Below, one piece after another: positions 1 through 9,040 of a stretch of 64,000 bases of DNA; position 1 is the first letter of the stretch; the number at the start of each line of letters is the position of its first letter. The position numbers were made by a program, and so were the translations under genes. The stretch comes from Myxococcota bacterium (GTDB lineage: Bacteria; Myxococcota; XYA12-FULL-58-9; JALHOP01). Where the stretch lies: positions 1 through 64,000 of the forward strand of contig JBGGMJ010000089.1 in assembly GCA_041288095.1 (NCBI GenBank), read 5' to 3'. The notes under the pieces are model-generated. The model made no database searches. It had not been told where the DNA came from and saw nothing but the letters and a program-made list of their open reading frames with translations.

Positions 1-486
1 GCGCGATGACGCCCGCGCCGATGGTGCCGAGCGGCAACAGCGGCCTCAGCGTGAGCGCAAGTGAGCCGACGCCGCCGTGGCGCGCCGGGAACAAGCGGCT
101 GCCGGCCTTCGGCGCGCCTTTGTCCACGACCGCGGTATCGGGGGCACGCCCGCAGCGCTCTCGCGAGGTCCAGAGACCGCAAGGGAGACAGCCGGACGCT
201 CGAGCGGATAGGCCTCGAGCCGGGTCACCTCGGCCCAGACCTTGCCGCCGCTCGTATGCAGGCCGCTGACACTCCCCGGCAGCGCCACCAGGCCGAGGAC
301 GCGCGGTTCTTCACCCTTCACGTCGATGGCGAGCACGCCCGCCGCGGCGCAGGCCGCATAGGCGGTATCGTCGAGGACGACGACCGAAGCGGGATCGCAC
401 GCCACGTCCACCTCGGCGGTGCGACCATCGGGCAGCAGCAGCGCCGAACCAAGCAGCGCCACAGGGGCGAGGACAGCGAGGATCAC
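1..486 (-). CDS. Secreted protein with LVIVD-like beta-repeat N-terminus; apparent frameshift at the G5 run 140-144; runs off the left edge
   Basis: Hydrophobic N-terminus, then 'VVVLDDTAYAACAAAGVLAIDVKGEEPRVLG'. After 140 the shifted frame reads DTAVVDKGAPKAGSRLFPARHGGVGSLALTLRPLLPLGTIGAGVIA with no stop before the edge. Confidence 0.55.
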
Positions 487-614
487 GGGGGTCGGTCGAT
501 AGCGCGAAACCCTCCCGCACTCCAGATGGGAAGCTCGCCGACCGCGGCGACCGACCGCGGATCAGGCCGCACCGACTTCGCTTTATCGGGACAAATCCGC
601 CGGTCAGCCGAAAA

Positions 615-646
615 GGGAAATGCCCCCCTTCCTAGGGGCACTTCCC
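615..646. promoter_or_regulatory. Inverted repeat in divergent intergenic region (possible operator)
   Basis: GGGAAATGCCCC-N8-GGGGCACTTCCC, 11 of 12 positions complementary. Confidence 0.4.
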
Positions 647-715
647 CACAATCCCTCCAACCAGAATGATTGGTACCCCGTGTATGTTCGGGGCCGCCAA
701 GAAGAGAGCACGTCC

Positions 716-1234
716 ATGTCGTCCGGTTTAGCCGTGGCCCCCACCGCACAGGGTGGCCGTGTCGAGCCAGTCGCCTCCCGTACCGAGCCTGTGCCGTTTT
801 CCGAGGTTCAATCGGCCTTGAACGGCATCATTGGCCGTTGGACCGCCTCCCGTGGCCGTGAGCCTGACCTGAGCGACGTGCATTACGGCGACATCCGTTG
901 GGGCACCCCCAACGAGCTGCTCAACTCCAACGCCTTCGGTTACCCCTTCATCGCCCCCGAGCTGCGAGGCAACGGCCGCGCCGATGAGACGAACCTCGTC
1001 CGCGTCTTGAGCGGCACGCATCCCGACATGCCCCGCATGCCGCTCGGCGGCCCATACGCGACGGACCAAGAGCTCGCGACCATCCGCAACTGGATCAACG
1101 GTCTGCCTACGACCCCCCAAAAGGCTGCCGCCGCACCCGACTTCGGCGGCGCTAGAGTCGCGAGCTGGTTGCGACCGGCGGCGACGGTCGGCGCGATGCC
1201 GCCGGCTCCAGGGAGTCATCGGCGCTTGGTCTAG
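716..1234 (+). CDS. Hypothetical protein whose C-terminal half resembles planctomycete-type cytochrome c, but with no CxxCH
   Basis: ATG 716 follows purine-rich AAGAAGAGAG. Motif 'TNLVRVLSG...RMPLGGPYATDQELATIRNWING'. Confidence 0.6.
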   Translation: MSSGLAVAPTAQGGRVEPVASRTEPVPFSEVQSALNGIIGRWTASRGREPDLSDVHYGDIRWGTPNELLNSNAFGYPFIAPELRGNGRADETNLVRVLSGTHPDMPRMPLGGPYATDQELATIRNWINGLPTTPQKAAAAPDFGGARVASWLRPAATVGAMPPAPGSHRRLV

Positions 1235-1317
1235 CCCGGTCCGGGTAAAAGCCGTGTTGTTTTGGTCGCATCGCGGGGCGATGCGTGCCATTCTCATCGA
1301 GCCCTCCGGATACAGGG

Positions 1318-4300
1318 ATGTCGACCACGGCCGCCCCGAGCACGAAGAACGGCAAGTCCAACGCGAGCCCCGCGCCTGCGGACGGTAGCGAAGGCCCAGC
1401 CAAATCGCGAAGCGCTGGCGCCAAGCCGGCCTTCATGGGGCGCCCGCGCGTCGACGCGACCGGCGACGACAAGCGGCAGCACCCGCGTTTGCGTGCCACG
1501 CGCCGGGTCAACTACACGGTCGCGGGCAAGCCTCGATGGGCCTTTACCAAGGACCTCGGGCCCTACGGCCTCTTCTTGCGCGCCAGCGAGGCGTTCAAAA
1601 AGGGAGACGTCCTCGATCTCACCATCGAGGTAACCGGCAAAGAGCCCCTCCCCGTCCGCGGCACCGTGGTGCGCGTCGAGACCCGCGGTACCGACAAGGG
1701 TTACGGCATCGAGTTCGACGCGAATGACGTCGAGCGTCGCGCCGCGATTGCTTCCCTCGTGCTCAACGAGCTCGAAACCCGCGTGAACGCGAACCTCAAG
1801 GTGCGTGCGACCAACGTGCGCGCCTTGGAAGAGCTCGCCGAGATCGCGGTGAGCCGCGGCAAGCTGACCGCGGCGATCGACTGCTACCAGCGTATTCTGA
1901 AAGTCGAGCCCGAGCACGCGATGGCGCACGGCCGCATCGCCGAGCACCTCGTGGACCAGGCCCGCGCCCGCAACGACTCCAGCCCCTACGAAGAAGCCAT
2001 CGAGCACCTCGAGCGCTCGGGACTGCCGGAGCGCAGCGAACCGTGGAAGAAGTTCCTCGTCGAGAGCAAGCGCGCCATCGAAGAGCTCGCGCGCGCCGAA
2101 GCCGAGGAACGTGAGCGCCAGCAGAAAGCAGCCGAGGCCGAGCGCCGCGAGCTCGTCAAGCGCGCGAAAGATGCGGAGGAGACACTCCGCGAAGCTCTCG
2201 CCGCCGTCGACGCGGAGAAGAAGAAGGTCGAGCAACGCGCCAAGAAGCTCACGGTGGCCGAAGACGCGGTCGCCGAGCGCGAGCAGGCACTCGAGGACAG
2301 TCATCGCGCTCTCGAGGAGCGCGCGGAGCAAGAGCGCGCCGAGCTGAAGCGCCTCACCGACGCACATGAAGCCGCCGCCGAGGAGGAGAAGAAGGCCCTC
2401 GCCAATGCGCGCCGCAAGCTCAAACGCGAGCAAGCCGAAACCGAAGCCGCCCTCGCGGACCGCGAAGCAGCGACGCGACGCGCACAGGCGGCCGCGGAAA
2501 CAGCGTTGGAAAAGGTCAGCGAGCAGCGCGCCAAGCTCGAAGCCGACCAAGCGAAACACAAAGAGCAAGTCGCGGCGCAACAAGCCAAGCATCGCAAGGC
2601 CGAGGAAGAGCTCGAGCAGACGCGCGAGAAGCTGGAGCGCGAGCACGCCGCCAAGATGAGCGCCGCGCAAGCGTCGCTCGACGCCAACAAGAAGCGGGAG
2701 AAAGAGCTCATCGCCGAGAAGCGCCGTCTCGATGACGAGAGGGACGCGGAAAAGAAGTCCGCGACAGCGGCCGCCAACGCGGCGGAGATGGCGCGCGTGA
2801 AGCTCGCCGCGGAGCACGCCGAACGCGAGGCCGAGCTCAACAAGGCCCTCAAAGCGGCCCAGAAGCGATTCGACAGCGAGCGCAAGGATTTCGAAGCGGC
2901 ATTGCAAGCGATGCGCGTCGAAGCCGATGGGCTGGCGAGCGCTGCCCAAGCCAAGGTCGACCAGCTGCAGGGCCAACTCGAAGGCGAGCGGGAGCGCGGT
3001 CGTGCGCTGGTCGCCGCGCACAAAGCCCAAGTCGCCGAGCTCGAGCAGATCGGTGCCGAGCGAGAAGCCCAGCTCGCCGAGCGCGAGGTCGAGGTCGAAA
3101 AACTCGCCGCCGCGGTCGCGAAACGCGAAGAGGCCCTGCGCGCGACCGGCACCGAGATGAAGCAGCGCGCTCAAGACCTCGAAAAGAGCATGAGCGAGCG
3201 CGCCAAAAAGCTCGAGAAGACCATCGAGGAGCGCGAGGCCGCCGTCAAAGCGAGCGCCGCGAGCGTCGAGCAGCGCGCTCAGAAGCTCGAGCAAGAGCGG
3301 CAAGAGCGTCTGGCCAAATCGCGTGAGCGCTGGGCCGCCGCCAAGAAAGAGCAGGAGCGCGTCGAGGAGCAGCAACAGAAGCGCGAACAAGAGTTCAAGA
3401 AGCGCGAGGCCGAGCTTGCCAAGGCGAGGCAAGAGCTGGCGGCGCAGCAAAACAAGCTCGAGGCGCGCGAAACCGCCATCGCGGACAGCGAAAAAGAGCT
3501 ACGCAAGAGCCGCAAGGACCTCGAAGCTCAGCAGCAAGCGTCGCTGCGCGAGCTCACCGACAAGCGCAAGCAGTTCGACGCCGAGTTCAAGGAGCGCGAG
3601 CAGCAGCTCGAGGCGGACAAGCAACGCCTGAGCGAGGCGGCGGCCGCCCAAGAGCGCGAGTATCAGGAGAAGCACGCCGCCATGGAGCTCAAGCGCAAGG
3701 CGGCTCAGGAAGCAGCCAGGCGCATCGAGCAGGAGCGCAAGACCACCGAAGCGGACTTGCAGCGCCGCGAAGCCGAGCTCAAGCGCGTGCTCGAGGCCGG
3801 GCGCAAAGACCTCGAGGATCAGCAGGCCAAAGCGAACGCCGAGCTTGCCGCCAAGGAGACCGAGCTCCGGCGAACCGGGGAAGAGGCGGAGCGTGTGCTC
3901 GAAGAGCGCCGCCGCGAGCTCGAAGCGCAGCAAGACGAGTTGTCGCGCGCCGAGGGCACCATCGCCCTGCGGCGTAAAGAGGTCGAGGACGAGCTGCAGC
4001 GCGAGCGCAGCAGCATCGAAGCGCAGCTCTCGGCGCAAGAGACCGAGCTGCAAGGCCGCGTCCGCAAGCTGCGTGAGGACGAAGAACAGCAGTCAGCGGA
4101 ATCGAAGACGCGCGAGACGCAACTTGCGCAGCGCGACAAGGCGCTCCGCGACGATCTCGAACGCAAGAACGCCGAGCTACAGCGCGAGTTCAGCGCCCGC
4201 CACGCCGCCAACGAAGAGGAACGCAAGGCGTGGCAAGCCGACCAGAAAGCGCGCGAAGGCGCGTTGCAGCGCGAGTTCGAGAAGGCGCAGTACGAGCTCC

Positions 4301-6027
4301 TCGCGGGCTTCCGCCAGCGCGAGGCCGAGCTCGCCGAAGAACAGGCCAAGGTGCGCACCGAGCTCGCCGCGGCACAGCGCCGGCTCGCCGACGAAACCCA
4401 AGCCAAGCAGCGGGAGATGGCGCAGCGCGAGGAAGAGGTCCGCGAAGCGCTCGAGCGAGAGCACCGTCGTCTCGATGAGTTGCGCGACACCATTCAAGAG
4501 GGAGAACAGCGGCTGCAAGAGCGCGAGGCCAGCATCGAGTCGCGCGAGCGCTTGTTACGCGAAGAGCTCGACCGCATGCGCTCCGATTTCGAGACCGACG
4601 CGCGCAGCAAGGAAGAGGCGCTGCAAGAGAAGCGTGGTGAGCTCGACCGCGAGACCGAGGAGCGGCGTGCCGAACACCGCCGCCTCGAAGAGCGGGCGCA
4701 AGCGCGCCTCGCCGAGACGGAAGCCGCCGCCAAGAAGCTCGGCGAAGAGCAAGCCCGACGCGAGGAAGAGCACGCGCGCGAGCGCGAGACGCTGCGCCGT
4801 GAGATCGAAGCCGCGCACGCCAAGCTCGAGACCGAGCAGCGAGCCCGCGAGGCCGAGCTCGCGAGTCGCGAAGCCGAGCTCTCGGCCCAGTTCGAGGATC
4901 GTAAGGCACGCATCGCCCATGAAGAACGGCGCCTGCACGACGAGCACGAGCGCTTGCTCGACGGGGAGCGTGAGCTCGAAGCCAAGCGCCAGGACGTCGC
5001 CCGCGAGCTCGAAGAGAAGCGCGCGCAGATGCTCGCCGAGCTACGCGAGCGCGAGGAGGCCGCGGCCCGTCAGCAAGAAGCGATCGCCGCGCGTGAACGC
5101 GAGCTCGCCGAAGAGGCCAAGCGCCGCGAAGCAGAGCGCGAAGCACAACGGGAAGCCGAGCGCGCTCCCGAGGTCGAGCCCACGCACGTTTCGGTCTCCA
5201 TCCCCACCCAGCTTGCGATCGCGGACGCGGCGACGCTCGAGTTCGTGCACACGCGCTTCCCCAAGCACGCCGACATCTTGCTGATCGACACCGAGCCGCA
5301 TCCGAACGGCATGCCGCGCCTCGCGCTATGGCCCGGCTCGCGGAAAAACCTCGCGGTAAATCCGCTGGCCAGTGGGGCACGCTACATCGTCGGCAACGCC
5401 GAGACACCGCACGCGTCCACCATGACGACCATGGCCAAGGTGCTGTCGGGCAACTCGTTGAGCGTCCACGATTTCCTCCTGCACGGCGCCCGTCACGTCG
5501 TTCATGCCGCGACGAGCTCGGCGCAAAAAGCCGAGTTCATCGGCCTGCTCGACGACTTTTGCGCGGGCGCTGGCGTCAGGGAGCATATCATCGACGAGCT
5601 CGCGGAGATTTTCGACGAGCTCTACACCAACGCCCTCTACCACGCGCCCATCGAAAACGGCGTCCGACCAAACAGCGACAAGGACCGCTCCGTCGATGTC
5701 GCGTCGCGGCGCGCCGTGACCATCACGTTCGGCGCCGACCCGACGACCGTCGTGCTCTCGGTGCGTGACGAATACGGCTCTCTTTCGGCCGACCGCGTCG
5801 TCGAGTCCATCGGGCGCTGCTTCGGTAGTGATGGACCCCAGCTCTCGGAGACCGGCGGCGGCGCCGGCGTCGGCATGTTCATGATGCTGCAGAAGGCGAG
5901 CTACGTAGCGCTCAACATCGCCAAGGGGCGATCGACCGAGGTCATCGTGGCGCGTGACCTCACCCAGTCACGCCGCGACTTCACACGCTCCGCGCCGTCG
6001 CTCGTGGTTCACGAGCGGGCCGGCTAG
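1318..6027 (+). CDS. PilZ + TPR + about 1000-aa coiled coil + C-terminal HATPase (anti-sigma/RsbW-like kinase) protein
   Basis: PilZ motifs RQHPR...DLGPYG...GYGIEF. TPR 'AAIDCYQRILKVEPEHAMAH'. E/R/K/A/Q-rich heptads about 2060-5160. N-box ELYTNALYHA, G1 VRDEYGSL, G2 GGGAGVG. Confidence 0.8.
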   Translation: MSTTAAPSTKNGKSNASPAPADGSEGPAKSRSAGAKPAFMGRPRVDATGDDKRQHPRLRATRRVNYTVAGKPRWAFTKDLGPYGLFLRASEAFKKGDVLDLTIEVTGKEPLPVRGTVVRVETRGTDKGYGIEFDANDVERRAAIASLVLNELETRVNANLKVRATNVRALEELAEIAVSRGKLTAAIDCYQRILKVEPEHAMAHGRIAEHLVDQARARNDSSPYEEAIEHLERSGLPERSEPWKKFLVESKRAIEELARAEAEERERQQKAAEAERRELVKRAKDAEETLREALAAVDAEKKKVEQRAKKLTVAEDAVAEREQALEDSHRALEERAEQERAELKRLTDAHEAAAEEEKKALANARRKLKREQAETEAALADREAATRRAQAAAETALEKVSEQRAKLEADQAKHKEQVAAQQAKHRKAEEELEQTREKLEREHAAKMSAAQASLDANKKREKELIAEKRRLDDERDAEKKSATAAANAAEMARVKLAAEHAEREAELNKALKAAQKRFDSERKDFEAALQAMRVEADGLASAAQAKVDQLQGQLEGERERGRALVAAHKAQVAELEQIGAEREAQLAEREVEVEKLAAAVAKREEALRATGTEMKQRAQDLEKSMSERAKKLEKTIEEREAAVKASAASVEQRAQKLEQERQERLAKSRERWAAAKKEQERVEEQQQKREQEFKKREAELAKARQELAAQQNKLEARETAIADSEKELRKSRKDLEAQQQASLRELTDKRKQFDAEFKEREQQLEADKQRLSEAAAAQEREYQEKHAAMELKRKAAQEAARRIEQERKTTEADLQRREAELKRVLEAGRKDLEDQQAKANAELAAKETELRRTGEEAERVLEERRRELEAQQDELSRAEGTIALRRKEVEDELQRERSSIEAQLSAQETELQGRVRKLREDEEQQSAESKTRETQLAQRDKALRDDLERKNAELQREFSARHAANEEERKAWQADQKAREGALQREFEKAQYELLAGFRQREAELAEEQAKVRTELAAAQRRLADETQAKQREMAQREEEVREALEREHRRLDELRDTIQEGEQRLQEREASIESRERLLREELDRMRSDFETDARSKEEALQEKRGELDRETEERRAEHRRLEERAQARLAETEAAAKKLGEEQARREEEHARERETLRREIEAAHAKLETEQRAREAELASREAELSAQFEDRKARIAHEERRLHDEHERLLDGERELEAKRQDVARELEEKRAQMLAELREREEAAARQQEAIAARERELAEEAKRREAEREAQREAERAPEVEPTHVSVSIPTQLAIADAATLEFVHTRFPKHADILLIDTEPHPNGMPRLALWPGSRKNLAVNPLASGARYIVGNAETPHASTMTTMAKVLSGNSLSVHDFLLHGARHVVHAATSSAQKAEFIGLLDDFCAGAGVREHIIDELAEIFDELYTNALYHAPIENGVRPNSDKDRSVDVASRRAVTITFGADPTTVVLSVRDEYGSLSADRVVESIGRCFGSDGPQLSETGGGAGVGMFMMLQKASYVALNIAKGRSTEVIVARDLTQSRRDFTRSAPSLVVHERAG

Positions 6028-6045
6028 GCGACACGCCGACGGTGG

Positions 6046-7185
6046 TTACAAGCGCCCCAAGAGGAAGCCGACGAGCAGGCCCAAGCCGAAAGCCAGCATC
6101 GCTATAGTGGACGGCTTGCGAAGCCAGCGAGCCATGGGCGGCTCGAATAGGGGTCCATCGACGTCGACGGCCACGAGGTGTTCGGCGTCGATAACCACGG
6201 GACCGGGAGGCGCTGGGAGGGCCTCGGCCTCGACGACGGGAGCAGGCTGGCGGGCTAGCTCCGAGAGCCGCATGAAGTCGGCGACATCTTCGATCGTGTG
6301 GACTTGGGTCGCCTCGAAGATCTCGAAGTTTTCCTCCGCCGGCGGCGGTGGGGGGCTCATGATCCGAGCTGCTTCCTCGGCTTTCTCTTGGGCTTGGGCG
6401 AGCGCCTCCTCTTCGGCCTCGCGCTTCGTTCGCACTTCGGCCGCCGCCTTGGCCTGCGCCTCGGCGGCCACCCTCGCCTTCGCCTCGGCCGCCGTTTTTC
6501 GCTGCGCTTCGGCCGCCGCCCGCTGCTGCGTCTCGGCCGCCGCTTTTCGCTGCGCATCGAGCGCCGCCGTCTGCTGCCCTTCGGGCTGCGCCATTTGCGG
6601 CGTTTTGGCCGCCGCTGTCGGCTGCGCTTCGACCGGCGTCGCCTGGACCTCCTGCCCAACGCCCGCCGCGTCGGCCTGGAGCTTTTCATAGAGCGCGGCG
6701 AGGCCGTTCGTGAGCGCTCTGGTCTTCGCGAATGCAAAATACGTCTCGGGGTCCTCTTCGAGGTCGGCCTTCGCCCCGCACATCACGCACGGCTGCTCCA
6801 GCGACCCCGGCGGGCCCTTGGTGACGTCGACGACGATGAGCCGCTCGTGCTCGCACGCCTCGCAGCGCACCGGCGCCATGACGGAGACGATGAGTGCGTC
6901 GGCCGAAAAGGTCGAGATCAAGTTGAGCTGCGACACGCACGCATACGAGCAGCGTTCGAGCACCAGGCCCCCGGACCGCAGACGCAGCGCCTCGAGTCCG
7001 CGGACCCACTGCCGCACACCGAATGAGGTGATGCGCGAGACCTTCTCGAGGTCGATGCGAATCGGGCGCCCGTCGCCGATGCCTGCGAGCTGCTCGGGGA
7101 CCAGTGCCTCGTTGAGCGTGCCCGACACCTCGACCTTCAGGAATGACCCGGCTTCGCTGCGGTCGATGCGCAGATCCTGAGCCAT
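6046..7185 (-). CDS. STAS-like (anti-anti-sigma) domain + CxxC/CxxC zinc ribbon + TolA-like linker + C-terminal membrane anchor
   Basis: 'VEVSGTLNE...IRIDLEKVSRITSFGVRQW', CEAC...CVMC, AAAEAQRK-type repeats, terminal IAMLAFGLGLLVGFLLG. Confidence 0.75.
   Translation of the reverse strand: MAQDLRIDRSEAGSFLKVEVSGTLNEALVPEQLAGIGDGRPIRIDLEKVSRITSFGVRQWVRGLEALRLRSGGLVLERCSYACVSQLNLISTFSADALIVSVMAPVRCEACEHERLIVVDVTKGPPGSLEQPCVMCGAKADLEEDPETYFAFAKTRALTNGLAALYEKLQADAAGVGQEVQATPVEAQPTAAAKTPQMAQPEGQQTAALDAQRKAAAETQQRAAAEAQRKTAAEAKARVAAEAQAKAAAEVRTKREAEEEALAQAQEKAEEAARIMSPPPPPAEENFEIFEATQVHTIEDVADFMRLSELARQPAPVVEAEALPAPPGPVVIDAEHLVAVDVDGPLFEPPMARWLRKPSTIAMLAFGLGLLVGFLLGRL
6420..6570 (-). repeat. 24-bp (8-aa) imperfect tandem coding repeat
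   Basis: AALDAQRK/AAAETQQR/AAAEAQRK/TAAEAKAR/VAAEAQAK/AAAEVRTK. Confidence 0.7.
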
Positions 7186-7235
7186 GCCCCGAGTTATAGC
7201 CAGGATGCGAGGTCGCTGCTGGTAAATAACCCGGT

Positions 7236-7264
7236 TTGCGCGTGCAGGTGCCTTCCCCTATCCT
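7236..7264 (+). promoter_or_regulatory. Sigma70-type promoter of a probably leaderless gene
   Basis: TTGCGC(7236)-N17-TATCCT(7259), 7 nt before ATG 7272, no Shine-Dalgarno. Confidence 0.55.
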
Positions 7265-7271
7265 TCTCTCC

Positions 7272-9038
7272 ATGTTCTCACGCTTGCGGCTCGGAACTCA
7301 GCTGTGGGTCATCGTTTCGCTGCTTCTGGCGGCGGCTTCGACTGGGATCGCCTGGTACCTCACCCAGGTTCAGACGCGCTCATTGGCGTCAGCGACCCAG
7401 CGCCGGCTGTCCATGAAAGAAGACAGTCTCACCGCCAAGGCGGCTCTGCTCGCGCGCAACGCCGCGCTAGCGTCCGCGGCCGCCGCGGTCACCCTGGACT
7501 TCGACTTCCTCCAGGGCGTCATGAGCAAGACGGTCGCTGGCGACGACACCGTCGAATACGCGTTCATCGCGGATGCGAAGGACAAGGTCGTCGTCCACAG
7601 TGATCCGAAGCGCCTCGGCTCCACTATGCCCGGAGCCGGTAAGGCACCGAAGGACCTCAAGGACGGCGTCAGCGTTCAGATCGTGAACGGCAAGACCCTC
7701 GAAGCAGTCGCGCCGATCATGCTCGGCGACGATGTATGGGGAACTGTCCGCTATGGCGTCTCCTTCTTGCCGGTCTTGCGCGAAGCCGAGCTGGCGACGC
7801 AAGCGCTGGCGGAGGCCAAGCGCAAGAACCTCGTGTTCAGCGTCTTGCTCGCGTTGAGCCTGGCCGTGCTCTGCGTCCTGGTCTCGATCCTCGCGGCGTC
7901 ACGCCTCTTGCGGCCCCTGCGAGCGCTCGAGTCGACCATCCAACAAGTGCTGGCGCGCGGAACCAGTCTGCGCGTCGAGGTGCCGCGCCTCAGAGAGCTC
8001 GCGCACGTGGCCACGGGGTTCAATGTCCTCCTGGCTCGACTCGAGACCTGGGAGAAACGCCTGCGCGGCAAGCGCTTGCAGTCGGACCTCCAAGCTTGGG
8101 CCGCGGAGCACGAGCTCACCGAGGAGCACAAGAGCAAGCTCAACAACGAATGGCAGGCATACCTCGCCACGCCCGACACCTCGCAGAGCGCCGCGCCGCC
8201 GAAGAGCGGCGGCAGTCTGCGCCTGCGGCTCATCGGCCTGATGCTCGGCCTAACCAGCGCCAGCGTTCTGATCGTCAGCGGCCTGCTCTATCAGCGCATG
8301 CGCAACGACCTCACGCAGGCGCTCGAAGCGATGTCGCAACAGGTGCGCCTCGACCTCGCCGACAAAGGCTTCTCCATCACTCGCAACGCCGCTTTAGCGG
8401 TTAGCCAGGCCGCGAGCGTTCGCGAGTACCTGTTCCTGATGCAAGTGGTGCGCTCGACGATCACCGCCGACACCGAAATCGTGACGGGCTTCATCAAGGA
8501 TCCCAAAGGCCGCGTCCTGGTGCACAGCGATCCCAAGAAGACCGGCGCCGTCGAAGAAACCTCGGAGCACGTCGACGCCATGCGGCTCGGCCGGCCGGAG
8601 TCGCGACTCGTTGACGCGGGCGCGGCGCGCATTCTCGAGGTGACCGCGCCGATCCAGGTCGGCAACGCGGCATGGGGAACGCTCAGCTTCGGTCTCTCCG
8701 ATGAGCATCAAAAGGAGATCTTGGCCGGTCTACAGACCGCGCAGAGACGCCAGGTGGAAGAGGCGCTCGCCGCCACCGCCGTCGGCGTGGCTGTCCTGCT
8801 GATTGTCGCCGCGCTCGCTGCCTGGCTCGCCGCGCGCCGCATCGTCGGTCCGCTCGACCGATTGACCCGCGACCTCGACAAGATTTGCGCCGGCGCGCGA
8901 ACCCTCCGCGTCGAGGTCTACTCCTGCCGCGAGCTCGCGACCTTCTCGATGAGCATCAACGAGCTGACGGCCATGACCCTCGAGCGCGAAAAAGAGCTCG
9001 AGCAAAACGTCTCCACGGCCCGCAACCGCACCGCCTGA
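7272..9038 (+). CDS. Membrane receptor with two tandem TM-Cache-like-TM-HAMP modules and no output domain
   Basis: Internal duplication VVVHSDPKRLG / VLVHSDPKKTG and LEAVAPI..WGTVRYG / LEVTAPI..WGTLSFG. HAMP 'LLRPLRAL...RELAHVATGFN' and 'IVGPLDRL...RELATFSMSIN'. Four TM segments. Confidence 0.75.
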   Translation: MFSRLRLGTQLWVIVSLLLAAASTGIAWYLTQVQTRSLASATQRRLSMKEDSLTAKAALLARNAALASAAAAVTLDFDFLQGVMSKTVAGDDTVEYAFIADAKDKVVVHSDPKRLGSTMPGAGKAPKDLKDGVSVQIVNGKTLEAVAPIMLGDDVWGTVRYGVSFLPVLREAELATQALAEAKRKNLVFSVLLALSLAVLCVLVSILAASRLLRPLRALESTIQQVLARGTSLRVEVPRLRELAHVATGFNVLLARLETWEKRLRGKRLQSDLQAWAAEHELTEEHKSKLNNEWQAYLATPDTSQSAAPPKSGGSLRLRLIGLMLGLTSASVLIVSGLLYQRMRNDLTQALEAMSQQVRLDLADKGFSITRNAALAVSQAASVREYLFLMQVVRSTITADTEIVTGFIKDPKGRVLVHSDPKKTGAVEETSEHVDAMRLGRPESRLVDAGAARILEVTAPIQVGNAAWGTLSFGLSDEHQKEILAGLQTAQRRQVEEALAATAVGVAVLLIVAALAAWLAARRIVGPLDRLTRDLDKICAGARTLRVEVYSCRELATFSMSINELTAMTLEREKELEQNVSTARNRTA

Positions 9039-9040
9039 CT

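Noticed and set aside
1294..5407. Long antisense and alternate-frame ORFs over the coiled-coil gene (e.g. 1294-3450, 3845-5284, 4190-5407)
   Set aside because: Shadow ORFs caused by high GC and biased codon use. They are Leu- or Arg/Ser-rich with no motifs.
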